Positions 41,529 through 56,394 of a stretch of 64,000 nucleotides of DNA are shown piece by piece. The stretch spans positions 2,418,001 to 2,482,000 of the forward strand of contig OZ287070.1 in NCBI GenBank assembly GCA_965645245.1, in the 5' to 3' direction. The notes under the pieces were generated by a model. It ran no database searches and was not told the DNA's origin. It worked only from the letters and a program-made list of their open reading frames with translations. The stretch is from Massalongia carnosa (Eukaryota). The stretch's first letter is position 1, and every line of letters starts with the position of its first letter. A program made the position numbers and the translations under genes.

Positions 41529-41969
41529 CGAAACATACAAGTTTTCGTAGTACCCTTTTAATATAATGGACCGATATACATGACGTGTAATTTTCTTTAC
41601 CCCTTCGATTAAATGTATTATTTTGTGCCATATAGCATGTTAGCTCCGCCTGCTGCGGCATCTAAAAACCACCTTAGTCTGCAATCCCGAGCACTTTTGA
41701 TGGAGTTACATCAGCACATGAAGGGTGCGCAAGTATCGTGCAAGTATCCATTCTCTCAAGTTTCTTTCTTAGTGTAGTTCTCCTAACATTACGTAATCAA
41801 GATAATCAGCTCCTTGTGATTAGCGCTTTCCCTCCACTCCTTGGATCAGACGCTTTGTCTGGAAATTGTTATTCTAAGGAAAGCTTGGGGATGATTAGGT
41901 TGATCTTCAATCATTGTCCATTTGCACTATGTTCGACACATGCTTCTCCAATAGACTTGCGCAGGTATA

Positions 41970-44136
41970 ATGACATCCTACTACCACCATGCGCAACCAT
42001 CGCTCCGTCATAACACTCAGGAACAACCATCTAAACTCGAAAGGTTGATTGATCAATCTTGCATCAACGTTGGAAGCTATGCCCCCTCTCTGTCAAAGCC
42101 TAAGGACTTGAAGAATGGAATCATCCCTCGATCACTATTACTGGAAAATTGGTGGAAGTTAAGGGTAGTCTTCGATCTTCGCCTCGGCTTGACTTTCCTA
42201 TGGATTTTGACACTCATTTGGGGCGAGGAACTAACGTTTAAACGCAACGTAAAAGCATGCGCGTGGAATCGCTGGGAAAGCTGGGTAGGCGCTGATTGTC
42301 TTGCGCCTCATTTGCAAAAGACTTGTCCGCTGAGAACCTCATTAGTCTCCGAACGCAACTCCACATCACGTCATTCTGCTCGCGGACCCTCAAATAGTCG
42401 ATCCTCACACTTATCCAGGTCGGCCCTGGCCGCTCTCTACCCTTACAGTCCAACACACCGATCTGTACCTCCGGAAATCTTTTCAGCGGCTTCAAAGCTA
42501 TTTAACGCCAGATACGGTGATCTTTCTGGGAGACCTGTTTGATGGAGGAAGGGAATGGTCGACGGCGCCAAGCAGGCGTCCGGAGACTCAGAGTCCCGAT
42601 AAGCGGTGGAACAAATACGGCGAAGAGTTTTGGTTCAGGGAATACTGCCGGTTTGGCCGCATCTTCTTCGATCCTTGGCTACAAGGTGGGCAGGTAACGA
42701 GAAGGGGCCAACGTGGCCGAAAGATGCTTGCTGGGCTTCCAGGCAATCACGATCTCGGGTTTGGTAACGGCATAAGACTGCCCGTCCGGGAAAGATTCAA
42801 CGCGTATTTTGGGGATGGAAATCGAGTTGATGTAATTGGAAATCATACATTCGTGTCATTAGATACGGTCTCTCTAAGTGCCAATGGGCAAACGGAAGCC
42901 ACCACTAGAAGTCAAGAAGATGGAGCAGCGGAAGAACGGACCCATAAAATCTGGGAGCCTGCCGAGAAATTTCTTTTGGAGGTAAAGGCCGAGAAAGCCA
43001 GGAAGGTCAAGCAAGAGCTTAGATTGCAAGCGGGATTGCCCGAGAACGAGCTTTTAGATCATAGGGTCTTAGATCTTAATGATCACCACTCCTCAGACTC
43101 GCCGAACATATCAAATTCCGACGCGAATATTCCATCAGTACTCTTGACGCATGTACCGCTATATCGGGCCCCCGGCATTCCCTGTGGGCCACTTCGAGAG
43201 AGATATCCGCCTTCCAGGCTGAATGCAGACCCTGGTGAGGAGCCTCTCAAGGATGCAAGGAATGCCCTCCCAGTGGCTGCTGGAGATCAGTATCAGACTG
43301 TCCTCTCCGCGGCCATATCAAACGAGATTATCGAGAAGGTGGGTGGCGTGGAGGATGTATTTTCCGGCGATGATCACGACTATTGCGAGATCATTCATCG
43401 AGGATATACTTCCAAAAATGGCGGGGTCCGAGAGATCACCGTCAAGGCCATGTCTTACTCGAGCGGAATCCGAAAACCGGGTTTCTTGATGTTAAGTTTA
43501 TGGAATCCCATTGATGCACAGGGGAATCCAATCGGAGCTCGTGGCGACGCGAGCCAAAGTAGGACCATAGAGACTCATCTTTGCTTGCTTCCTGATCAAT
43601 TGTCCATCCTGATGCGCTATGGACTTCTCTTTGGGGTCACGCTGGTCAGCCTACTGGTACGTGCTATCTTCAGAGTCTATGGCGATGGGGCATCACACGT
43701 CGAGCATGATCACGATCCATTACCGCTGTATAAGGTAGAAGCGCCGTCTAGTAGACAGGAGACAATTTCCGCTTCTGCCCGATCATGGGCTGCCTTTCAA
43801 CCAAATGCCCTCCACACGCCTTCATTCATGCATCCATTCTCCAATGGCCTTGCAGCTAGATCTTCCACGACACGAACTCGAAGCGCAAGCCCCTTTGACG
43901 AGTACGGCTTGCCAGTAAACGAAAAAGCTCCATCATTCCTGGAGGAGAACTACCACCTTTCGAGGGACGAACGGCTGCAGGGGAAGCAGGAATGGAAGGA
44001 AGTGATGCTGGACGACACCGCTAGGCGGAGGCGTGGTGGGAAGCTCGCGGCGATTTACCGAGAATGGATGGGTAGCTTAAAGCTGGTTGGGTCGATAGCG
44101 CTTGGGTGGTATATATGGCTGTTGTGGACTGCATAA
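41970..44136 (+). CDS. CDC1: Cdc1-family Mn-dependent metallophosphoesterase (GPI-anchor remodelling)
   Basis: N-terminal TM followed by CAWNRWESW|, then ADPQIVDPHTYPGR, FLGDLFDGGREW, PGNHDLG, LLTHVPL, FSGDDHDYC, EITVK and CLLPDQ, with C-terminal TM segments. Intron ~42286-42347. Confidence 0.9.
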
Positions 44137-44743
44137 ACTCAGCTGTATGGGAGCCTAGGAAGTAAAATTCACACCATGACTTTTTGCACCGAGTTTTCAG
44201 GGTTTTTTCTCCAAATGGCTTTTTTGGTAGAAGAATATAGCAGTTCTTGTAAATAGAATCTGCAACTGTATATTTAGAGAATCCTATTCGATCAAGCGAC
44301 AAGATATTATGCATCAGTTCATTATCTCTCTCTCTTGAAATATAGACCTTAAAGCTCCCACCCTTGTCCCCCTTTGTGTCCGTATCCGTACTTTGTACAG
44401 GGATATTCTCGGCCTACCGCTCAGCCCTATAAGCCTATCCATCGACGCTAACATGAGGACTTATCCCCCACCTCTGTACAAAGTGTTTGATGGATGCCCT
44501 CCCGTATCTACCCTCACTATTGTGTACTCTTCGCGCACTTCGATGTAAAACTTGGATCTCAGCTATCACTTCAGCATTAAGACTATCATGTGGTTCCTTT
44601 ACATGCACCGTATGCTGAATCTTCGTGCATGAGTTCTCCACCTCTTCTCCCAACTGTAGCTGGACGAACCAGCTGCGCTCGTAGCTCTCTGTGGCGGAAG
44701 CTTGTGTGGTATTAAGAGCAACGCCACACACTGCTGGCTGAAC

Positions 44744-47700
44744 ATGACGAATCTGCCCTCGACCAAGCCAATTAGTCTTGAAGAGCCATCGCCTAATGGT
44801 CAACGCCTTGCAGAGTACTCGACACTGAAGAAGTCCCTTTCGGCGTCATGCACCCATCCACCGGAGTCCTTTTCAAAATATCTTCGTGAAGGGTCGGAGA
44901 AACGGCAGGATGTGGGTTCGCGGTCGTCAGTTTCGATACTGAGCAACCCGCCCCTGACGCTCGACATCCCCAACATGCCTAGTGCCGCCGAAGCTGCGTT
45001 TGCCGCATTGCTCTATCTCCCGACACCATTGTTGGTGCTCTCGAGCTTGAAGACCGTAATATTGGCTAATGAGGCCGTGGGACGGCTACTTGGCTTGGAC
45101 GCGACTCACCTTACCGCCGCAGATGGAGATCGAGAAGAAATATCCGTGGTGGACAAGCTTCGAGGGCAATCTTTATCGCAACTAGGAATCGATATGATTC
45201 AGGATGGACAGCAGATATGGGTGAGCTGGGAGGTATGATGTTTGGGAGTGGCTTATCCAAAGATGCACTGACCAAGAGACAGAGATTTCTGGACGGATTG
45301 GCTGACGAAATGGATCGAAATGCGAGCCAAGCTGGGGACGTGAATGCATTCGAATACCCCAAGACTTGCAATAATTTAGAAGGCCCCTCCATAGCCCCTT
45401 CAGAGAAACTGGAAACGTCGGTAAAAGGCCATATTGCATGCAAGAATCAGCCATCAAGCAATGTTAGGCATCGGGCACTAGTCCATGATGCGGTAGTCAA
45501 CGTGGTTATTTCGTCTCGGTATATGGGAGTAGAGAGCATGTTTCTAGGCATAAGCTGCACACCTCCTGGGGCTGAATGTCAGATCAAGGCAAAGATGATA
45601 ATTTCGATATGGACGTTGGAAAACCAACGATTCTTCACCCTAACGTTCACGACTGATTATATCCCTTCGTCTACGCGGAGAGTCTCACGTCCAACCTCGA
45701 ATTCTCATCCGACATCCCCTACTAGCCCCAGCTTTATTACCAGCTATAGTTCTTCTCCATCCTCGGTTGTTCATTCGGCCACAGGAGTTCCTCTATCCGT
45801 CTCTCCATTTCCCCCTCTCGGAGCCCCAAGCAAGTCAGATATCGCTTCCTACCCCTCTGTGTTGCAGAAGATCGCACGAATGAAGGATGGTATGATAAAT
45901 GCAATGGAGATACCAGTCTTCGTGATGTGGAAGGACGAAAGTTTGGTAATCCCTAATACAGCAGCTACTCGATTGATGCATCATGAGGCCAAAATAGACT
46001 CTACCGATGCCTTAGATTTAATCTCGAGGTTTAAGGTATATACAGAAGATTTCGAACGGGAATTACTTCCAGAGGAACTTCCCTTGGTTAAGCTTTGCAG
46101 AACTCAGAAGCCGTTTTCAAGGATAAAGATTGGAATAATAAACTCACGCTCTGAACGGAAGCATTTCGATGCTAGCGGGGAGGGTATAATTGATGAAAAG
46201 ACTGGAGAATTCTTGGCCGGAATTGTTACCCTCAACGATGTAACAGAGTACACCGATATAATCAAGTCTCAAAGTGAAGAGAATGATCAACAGTTTCAGT
46301 TAATCTGTGACACCATGCCCCAACTTCTTTGGACTACAACTGATCAAGGTATATCAACTTTTTGAAGAGTACCCGCATCTGATAATCTTACATATATAGG
46401 GATGCATGACTGGTTTTCCCGACGTTGGTATGACTATACAGGTTTGAGCGTTGAGCAATCCATCGGTTTGGGCTGGCAGAACCCCTTTCATCCCGACGAC
46501 ATGCCCGAGACTCTTAAAAGGTGGAGCCATTCTCTGGAAACGGGTGACGAGTATTCCGTCGAGTATCGCTGCAGAAGGTTTGACGGCGCCTGGCGCTGGA
46601 TGCTTGGACGTGCTTTGCCGCTGCGAGACATCAAGACCGGCAAAATTGTGAAATGGTTTGGAACTTGCACGGATATTCACGACTTGGTGGAAGCTCGCCA
46701 GGCTGCGAGGTGTGCAAGAGAACGATTATTAAACGTCATCTACCACGCAAAAGTTTCGGTTTGGCAGGTCGATAGGAATCGTATACTAACATTTCTAGAA
46801 GGAAAACTTTTGTGGGAGGATGAAGACGTCGCGGATGATTCAATAGGAAAGAATGTGTACGAGGTGTTTGGAAGGCACAGAGGCGCCGTTGATCTTCAAC
46901 TATATAAGGAACCGATTGAAAAGATACTTGATGGAAGAGCGGAAGAGCGAACATCGGAGCATCATATTAATGGCAACGGCAGGTGGTTTCGTACAAGGTT
47001 CTTTCCAGTGCTCGGCAAAAAGGGGCATGGGGGGGCGGTGGACGAGAGCTACGTCGACGGCGTCATTGGAGTCAGCATAGACGTTACAGAGCTCAAAGAT
47101 CGCGAGGCAGACCTTCAGTCACAAGCAAAGGAAAATATCCGATTGTTATCCGCTGAAACCGCTGCGAAAGAAGCGAGTCGGCTCAAAAGCCAATTCCTTG
47201 CAAACATGTCACATGAGATTCGAACCCCTATAGCTGGAGTGATTGGAATGTCGGAGCTCCTCGCGGATACCAAGCTGGATGCTGATCAACGAGAATGTGC
47301 CGAGAACATCCAACGATCTGCGAATGGTCTGTTGACAGTCATCAACGATATCCTTGATCTCTCCAAAGTCGAGTCGGGACGGTTGGATATCGAGGAGGTT
47401 CAATTCAGCCTGTCTGTCGTGATTCAGGATGTAAGCAAAATGCTGTCCTACGCTGCGGAAAGGAAGAACTTGGCATTTGAGAGCGACGTTCAAATTGGCA
47501 CAAATCATGATCTAATCGTGATGGGAGACCCCGGTAGAGTTCGACAGATCCTGACCAACTTGCTCACTAACAGCATCAAATTCACTTCAGAAGGGTTTGT
47601 CAAGCTGGCCGTAGTAGCAAAGAAAGAAACTCAGGACACCATAGAAGTCCTCTTTGCTGTCGAGGATACAGGCATTGGTATCGAAGAGGAAGTACGGAAA

Positions 47701-49246
47701 CGCTTGTTCAAGCCATTCAGTCAGGCGGACTCTAGCACCGCTCGGCGATTCGGTGGCACCGGGTTAGGATTGACAATTTGCAAGAACCTTGTCGACCTGA
47801 TGAATGGAACAATCACCCTCGAGTCCTCACTTGGGAGTGGGACTAAAGCTACATTTTCCATTCCATTCAATAAACCACAATTTAGGAACGGGCTGTCACC
47901 TTTGATTGGGCTTGTTCCTGACCGACTTCTCGAGTTATCAGTGTCAGGCTGTGCATCGAGCGAGGGCCGTGGAAGCACGAGCGCCACGCCTCCACCAAGC
48001 CCTCAAGAGGCGCTTAGGGCTGGAAAAGCTCTCCATCATAACCAGAATGGCAATCATAGGGTGCTGCCTTCAGGCGTGATTCCGAATTCAGAGCCAAGCT
48101 TGTTGGAAGCTGACCGGAAGAACACCCATGTACTGGTGGTGGAAGACAAGTACGTTCTTTCCTGTTAGCCGATGATGTTGACTAACCATATTCAGTGCTA
48201 TTAACCAGCAAATTGCGTTGCGAACCATAAAAAAGCTAGGATTTGGCGTGACTGCTGTTTGGAATGGCAAAGAAGCCCTCAACTACCTGCTTGAACAGCC
48301 ATCATCGGATCACCCCAGACCAGATATTATCCTTATGGACGTCCAGATGCCGGTGCTTGATGGCTACTCCTGTCCGTATCTTCATGCCAATATCAATGGT
48401 TACTAATTCGATATCATAGGTACACATAAAATCCGCCACCACCACCCATACGCAGCCATCGATGATATCCGTACGATCCCAATAATAGCAATGACCGCAT
48501 CGGCCATTCAAGGAGATATGGAAAAGTGCAAACGAGCGGGGATGGATGACTATCTTGCGAAACCGGTAAAAGGCAAGACTCTCGAAAACATGCTGTCAAA
48601 ATGGGCGCTGGCAGGGCGAAACGCTCAACTTCACGATCTTCGCCCTGATAACATAGATCACGACAGTAACTGCACTGATCCCGAGGCCGCCTCTTCCATT
48701 CGAGCTTTGCCAGCCGGAAACACGAAGCAAGCCCGAGCCATTGTGGACCCCAACGCCCTCTCCGGTATTGACTCCGAAGGTGACAGGGGCATGCAGCGTG
48801 TTGAAGCCGAAGAAAAAGCTACCTTCCTACGTGATTATAAGCTCCTCGCCGCCAGCGAAGCTCACCTACTACAGCCGGCTTCCGTCAGCCCGCCGCAAGC
48901 CTCTATAGTGCTCCAGCCCAGGCAGCCCGCCACCGCGCTAACAGAAGAAAACATGGGTATCTTTGACCGGGAGCACCACGATGAGACGCTCATGACGGAG
49001 AGTGATGATTACGATGATGATGTTCTGCACCGGTCAACGCTTGCGCGCGAGAAAAGCGACCCTCGTTCTGATTTGGTCTTTGGAAGTGAAAAAAGCTCGC
49101 CAGCCAGCAGCACGATGGGGGAGCTGAGAATTATAAGAAAGCAGGGGGCATGGTCTTGGGGGGCGCAGGGAGAGAGAAGTCGCTTAGCGCGGAATGATAG
49201 TGAGCTAAGCCAGGAAACTGTCCGGCATTCGACATCGAATAGATGA
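44744..49246 (+). CDS. Hybrid sensor histidine kinase (PAS/PAC - HisKA - HATPase - receiver)
   Basis: PAS/PAC (WYDYTGLS...HPDD...EYRCRRFDGAWRWMLGRA...WFGTCTDIHD). H-box FLANMSHEIRTP, N-box QILTNLLTNSIKFT, G boxes DTGIG and GGTGLGL. Receiver VLVVED|...DIILMDVQMP...AMTA...GMDDYLAKP. Start ATG inferred. Confidence 0.95.
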
Positions 49247-49599
49247 TGGCTTTGTATCTGGAGTAAGATTTTCTATCCATTGTCTCCAGGAGGGGGGGTT
49301 CGACTGAAACAGGAGTAAAGGATGGTGTAGGCCGGCTGGATTTGGTCATGAAAGCGCGGGATGCCATAAGACGTTGTCGCATTTGGAACGGATTCTGGAT
49401 GGTTCCTTAGGCGATCTCGGGTTCCAAGCATGATGGATCTTTCACGCCAGAATATTTGATTTACGCGACCTTTATCATCCAGCACATGGAAATAATCCGG
49501 TGGTGCTGGGGAATCTTGGATGCATATCCGGATCTTAAACCGTGAACCTGGTCCATCTCCCTCCCCTTTCTCTAAGACGCATTCTGGGTCATACTTTAA

Positions 49600-49978
49600 G
49601 GAGTAAGGAGGCGGAGGCGGAGGATATACATTGCTACAAAAGTTATAGTTGGCTGGCTGCTTAATTGGATGGATGAATGGGTGTTTGAGTAGAAGGGTAG
49701 CTTGGGAAGGGTGCGGAGGGTGTTGGAAGTGGGAAAAGGGAGGTGTAGGGGAGCTGGAAGTGAAGTGGATTGGTAAAATGGCAAGAGAAGGGGGGTTTGG
49801 AGCCTTGCAGGTATGCGTATATACGTGTATGTGTGTGTGTGTGCATAATTAGAAAGATGCGGAGCAGAAACGAACGCAGAAATTCGACCTTCCACCTCGA
49901 GATCCCGTTGACATTTCCTTTATCTTTTCCGTCCCTTTCCTTTCTTTTGATTTAGTAGCTTTCGTTCTAGAACAGAAA

Positions 49979-50011
<33 letters not shown>

Positions 50012-50400
50012 TTCATTCTTATTCTCATTCCATCCCTCTTCATTCCTCTTCACTCTTTCACGCATGCCCTCCACTCCCTCCCTCCTCTTCTTTCGCTCCC
50101 TCTCCTTCTTTACCTACCTACCTAACTATCTATATGTACGAGTCACCATCGGACAAACGAACGAGAGAAGACGACAGGACCACAATAGGCGCGGCGAAAC
50201 GTGTTTACTTTGTTCGATCGACGGATTTATCCCAAGCGCTGGTTATGTTTTCCCTGATGAGAGAGAGATAGGTGAGATAGCTAAAGGGTAAGGTAGAGCC
50301 GGGAGGCGGGAATTCGATGAGGGAATGGAATTCGAGAGAAGGGCGAGAAGGGGAGGGAGAATTGAGACTTTTTTAGATTGGACGATCTTCTTTTCTTCCT
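49600..50400. repeat. Simple-sequence/low-complexity island
   Basis: G-rich 49670-49800, (TG)n at ~49830, (TC)n(AC)n at ~49980-50010 and (CCTA)n at ~50112. Confidence 0.75.
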
Positions 50401-53400
50401 TTACTTACTTTGGTGAGCGATTCTATTTTATTTCATGATATTGTTATCCCCCTATCGACCAACATCCATCCGTTTATTCACGCCTCAAACCCAGCTCTAT
50501 TCAGCCCGCCCCTCCCTGGGGCCCCGCTACGTAAAGCATCTGCTATGTACGTACTGGTATGTATGTATATATCCCCACTTGTCCCACTTAACAGGTTACT
50601 GGCAAGAAATTCCGAAAAGACAGAAAAAAGGGCTGGAGGAGCCTGCTGCTAAACGGCGAAAGACACGAAAATAACCAGGCTTTTCGAAACTGTATGGTGA
50701 AGAATTTGATTTTCTAGAGGGTCCTCTCCAAGATATATTGGGAATGGGGGGGAGGGAGTACTTAAACGGAAGGTGTTTGTTGACTATCTCCGAAGAAAAT
50801 GCAACTTTTCCATCTTTCAGCCGAGGGGATAGGGAGGGTTTCCCGCTTGCTGCGGGAGTCGTTAGGCTTGGGGATTTATTTATTTTTGATGCGGATGGAG
50901 TTTTTTTTGTCTTCTTGCTGGTTTAGCAATCTTTATCTTTCTTGTGTTTCTTTCCGTTGTGGTTCTAGTTCTGGTCCTTTTCATTCAATTAGTAATATGG
51001 TCTCTCGCAGGTGGAAGGGAAAGATTCTTTCCATTCTTGTATCTCTTCTCATATTACTTAGCTACTTTGCGAAATCCGAAAAGATGGATCTACTGAACCG
51101 AGTACTCCTAAGAGTGAGTTCGCCATTGTTTTTATTTTTTATTTTTTTTTAAAAAAATTGAATTCTCATCTCCGCCTAAATGCCCTATCTTACCTTACTG
51201 CGTCTTCCCGATTTCTTCTCCCCATCATCGTACTCCATCCTAATCTCTCTTCCTTCAATTTCACTCGATCCGGTCTCCATGCTAGCTCACACAAACGACA
51301 TGGCGCTGTTTTGAATTTTAGATTTTATCGAATAATCTCGTTGCCCACACAAGACGCCTCGGGTTGCCTATCTATTTTCTACTTCAGCCCCAAAAATAGA
51401 GAGACAGAGCCGTACAGTTCGATGGCCGAGCTTCTCATATCATGAAGGTATCACGGTGCGCTTGACTCAGGCGCTTTTTAGAAGAGAAGAGAAGGGGTCC
51501 TTGTAGAGACGCAAAAGAGCTGAGAAGCGATTGGTCTTGCGGCGTTTTTTATCAAGTAACTGCCTGATGTATACCGTTAAATAGATACAAAGATATATTG
51601 GGATATGCTCCTGTTGGAAGAATCATCGTTAATGATAGCGGGTGTGTATTAAATCAGTTCAACAATCTGGTACTCAATACGCGCAAATTCTTCTGATTTT
51701 AGAATCTTCGGTGCTGTCTTCTATGTGTCTCGTGTCTATAAAACTATCTAGTTAGACCTCTAAAGAGTGGCCGTCACCTGACCCTCGCCGAAAACAACTA
51801 ACTAGCCCCCAAACCCACTAGCCATCCAGATGTTTAGTGTCGCTGCTCCACCCCTCTACACCGGCATCAGAAATTATGTAGGGACATCAACAGGACAGAC
51901 GCACCGCCAGAGTCCTTGGGCATCGCCGGCACAATCCCGCGTTGATTGTTCGCCGCGCCTACTTCGAAACCGTGGAAGAGATTGCAGAACCGGCGTAATG
52001 TGCACCATATACCCTTCGTTTATTTAGTATTTCTCGAAGTCGAGAGCATTCGCTACTGCCGCCGAGCTGGAAATCAGCTCATCTCATTTTTTATCCGTTA
52101 GATTTGGTTGCCAAACATTGTTGGCATATAAACAGTCAGCCTATTTTCAACTAAGGCTTTACTTTTTTGAGATCGTGAGGTTACTCGTTAGGTAAAGCTC
52201 TTCGATGTTTCTTTGATTTCATGAAAATCCACAAAGGGAAATAGTTTCCTAAAATATTTTTCTTTCCACTCTCTCATTTGTGATTATAATGACCGGCAAA
52301 CTCGTTGTATTGGCTAGCTATGACGTTCCAGTTCATTTTGTATTATTTCCATGTGATAAATGCTTCAGAAATTGGAAAAGTGATATTACCTCCCTCAACT
52401 GTAAGGGTCTTAGAGAATCTTAGAGATAAGTAAACTTTTGTAATATGAAAAGCGTAATATTTCACGAATCCATTCGCGACAGAATTTTTGCTTACAGCAT
52501 CGCTGTCGATTCGTTGATTTTCCATAAAACAGGAAATCGTCAAGGTAAGACCATCGTCAGAATCATACCCTGCTGAAAAGCTCTCCAAGTGATGACAGTG
52601 TTAGATGTGGGACCGATAGAAACCAAAAACGGGCATGTCGCCCCCGTTAAAGCTTTCAAGTTGGTGTATCTGGTTCTAGAATCATGCTGCCGCAGGGCAC
52701 GTATACAAAGCTATGCCAGGCCGTGAACTCCTAGTTCCAAATATCGTGTTTTTAGCCATAAACTGCGAATAGGCTCTAAACTCCATGGTGCTTTTTCGAG
52801 GTGATTTAGGTATTTCTGTGGCAGTTTTGATTTCTGCCGGTGGGTCCTCTACTATGCGTCATAGTAATATTCCTACTTGAAGCCTTCCCCTAGTTTCGTG
52901 CGACGCGGGGGATCCTCTGGGTGATTTCTCTTTTCGACGCGGTACCTTGCTTTCTATGGTTCCCACTCTAAAGCATGATCCTGCATGAGGGTTGAAGTTT
53001 GTTGTGCCACTATTGAGACCCAAAGTTTGATTATCTTTTCTCTAAGAAGCGAACCCTTGATACGAGTAGTTTATAGGATCTGTAAGCTTTTAGAAATTTG
53101 AAAAATAAGTAACCGGACGAATCGATGATAATATAGAACGAGACTGCTATAACATGTCATTCATGCTTTAGTAATTAGATGTTGACAAAAGATGCTCTTC
53201 TTCTCCACAATTCGTTGTTCTTCCTTGTTTGCGCGCTTTATTTTCCCACCGCTCAGTTCAAAACAAGTAAATTCTTGAAGACTTGATATCGAGGCATTCT
53301 GCGGGAAGCGAGGGAAGCGCAGAAGGGTTGAGAAGATGAAGCCTCGCCTGATAGCTAACTGATGTGGTGGGAAGCCCAGAAGAAACACGCTATAAAATGA

Positions 53401-55878
53401 GATGATGAGAAAAGGTCGAGCAAGTACTCCAATTTTAAAAATATGGTTCACGTAAAACGTTTATGATTGGAAGTCTATATGATGAACGCACGATAGGCCA
53501 CAAGAAGGTCTCGAAGGAAAATGTAAGGTCTTCCTTCTATTACTTTTTCACAAGGAAGTCCCCTAACAAAAAGGGCGGTTAGTCTATATTCTATCAGTAC
53601 CAACAATGCAAAGGAATCAAACATCACTCCAGTAACCTATTTTCATCGAATAAGCCAATACATAAGCTTTGTTTCTTCATGTTAATATGTCGAAAGAATT
53701 CTTGATTCCAATTTCAACATTTTTCCTTTCGGAAAAATAATCAATGCCCTGAAAACTCGCCGTAGACTCTTCTCCTTTACCGTTGACGTGGCCAGACTTA
53801 TCAAAATAGGCGTACGAGTTATGGCTCGAAAAATGGAATAGATGTGCTCCCTATCGGTTTCTTTTTAGAGTAAACAATTCTTCATGAAATAAATGCTTCT
53901 TCAGATCCCATAACCTCCATCTCATCCAGAATTGCGTCATACTTCTTCATTGTTGACGAGTAGAATTTCTCTCTTCAAGCGATTATGCTCGAGCTGACTC
54001 AATTTAAAATGATGTGGTTTGATACCATTATATACTGCGTTTTGCGAGAAATTGTCGTGAAGTTCCAGCCAAGATGTATGATCGAAGATTTCTTCTCAAG
54101 GTGCATCAAGATATAGCTTGGTTTTGACTGCAATGATGAGAATAAAGCCTATATCATACCAATATGTGAATTCAGTTGAAAAGTAAACAAGCTGTATTGG
54201 AAAAGAAAATAACCAGCAAGAAATAGGATGGCTTGAAAGGTTGTGTGGATGCTACCCCTCGCATGGGTAGGTACTCTGATATGAAACATATTAAGGTGTC
54301 CATATACTCGCGGGAATGTGCGCGATAATGTTAGTATTTACCCACTCGTTAACCCACCCTTGGAGTTGCTAACTCGTCTTCTTGCTTCTCAGATCTTTGC
54401 TTTTCGACGGTTTAAGCCATCACAAGCTCCGCTTCGCCGAATAAGCGCTTTGTGGAAGTGTGTGTGCTGGCTTTAGGCAGACTGAGCATTGTAAGAAATC
54501 CCAATTTAGCCGAGATAACCGCCGGAGAATATACATAAGTAATGGGGTGACGAGAAAATAAATATGCAGCGTGGTATAAAAATGTCATACTGTGAAGATA
54601 AGAGCAGTCTCATGAACGGGTACAAATGGGAGTATCCTTATCGGAATCAGTATAAAAAGTCTGTGAATGAACACCCAGTCATATTTGAGGGGGGTGGGGT
54701 CGTCTCAGGGGGAGAACTCCATCCCTTTAAGCCTGATAGATGTGCCAGCGTCGATATGAAGCTCTACTATGATGAGGCTGAAACTAAAAGTTAGCACAAG
54801 TATCGAAGAACCGGGTAAGCAAAATCTCGAAGACTAGATATTGGTTAAGTCAGCCAACAAAAAATCGGATTGATAGAATAGATTAGTCAAGAACCTGACG
54901 ATAAGATGGGCGAAATAAACGCGGACTTACAGGACGCCAGTTTCATTTGCGAATTACAAGCTTCGCGATATTGACAATGTTTATAGCTTGGAGAGCTAGA
55001 GTTAGATTTTATACAACGCAACCTCTCCCTTAAAACCTCGTTACATCTCATAAATCTAATCACTTCGTCTAGTCTTCCCTTATTCTTATAACCACCAACT
55101 AGATAGACGGAAATCCGTCCTGATTAATCGCGCTTCACGATCTATCATCGCTTCGATTTCTGCTCCAGTAGCTTCCTATGTACGACTGTCGGGAAAGTAT
55201 CAGCTCCATAAACGAGCACCTCAATTTTTCATTCTTCTGTGGGAATTGAGCCCCTTTACATAGTACTTTTCCGATAGGATATAACTACGTATGCGTTCAT
55301 GTCTTCTACATACTTCATTTCGAAAGAACATAGAACTTCGTGAAGCTTACGAAAAGGAATTCCATAAATGGCTGATCGCTGAATCATTAACTGGAATAGT
55401 TCTGCGTTGCGGAAAGACTTTGAGAGTTAAAGGAACTGCTATCCTGTTTTGCTTAATTGTTCTCCCCTGAACTCAAATCCGAAGACTTGATATCAGCGAA
55501 TCCACTAACATTTTCAAATAGTAGGCAAGCATCTAGAGTAAGGCACATAATCTTTCGGTGGTTGGATTCAAAATTTTCGTGAAGTGGGAGTACCATAATA
55601 TGAAGAAGAAAAATGGAGATAAAGTGTTGTATATTCAAGACGTTCTTGATAACTTATGACGGATTATTTAGCAAAGTTTCAACTAGCGGAGCCAACAGCG
55701 GACAACGTCAGTATACATTAAAGGCTCTCTTCTAATATTAAATTAAAGTAAAAAAAATTGAACTCTAGACGTTGGTTTTGTTTTTTAAGAGGATACTATA
55801 AATATCTAGGGAAATAAACAAGAAAGTTCATGGCGATTTGTCCAAAGGCCCTAGGAAATTTTCTTGAGGAAGATACAT

Positions 55879-56394
55879 TTATCTTTGGCGCCGAGACCTG
55901 GATTTAGAGCGTGTGATGCAGACACTGTTTTTGATGTGGTTTCGAGGAGTATTTTCAAGACAGTTCTGTCAAGAAGTTTTATCAGCGAACCTTTGTTAGA
56001 ATTTGGCATGGTATCATTCGAACCGAAAGACGAACATCGTTCGATGAACTGGATGCCTCACGAAAATTTGGCTGCGGCTGCTGTTTGCTGTCACTTCCCC
56101 GTCTTCAGACCCTCTCTTTTTCCTCTCTAATTTATCCTCGTGTTCTATGACCAACCGGTAGAAATCCAGGTTCCAGATCTCCACCGCTAACTCGATAAGT
56201 CTTGCGAGAGTATCTTCTTAGCTAGCTTCTGTGACTCAGATTTCTTCTTCAAATCCTCCGAGAGATCTAACGGGTTCTCGCGTTAATAGTGCATGGTTCT
56301 CCAGTGAAATATCTTCTCGTTCCCTGCCATGGCTTTGCAATACTCGCATGAGCCTCTTGCCAAGACCCGTTGTAGAGAGTTGCCTATATATTTG
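55879..56394 (-). pseudogene. Possible decayed coding fragment
   Basis: 172-codon minus frame with 5 internal stops (...TLARLIELAVEIWNLDFYRLVIEHEDKLERKKR...). Weak evidence. Confidence 0.2.

Noticed and set aside
52903..52912. ACGCGGGGGA, identical to bases 2-11 of the DD37E TIR
   Set aside because: Only 10 bp, similarity does not extend and there is no partner end; compatible with chance.
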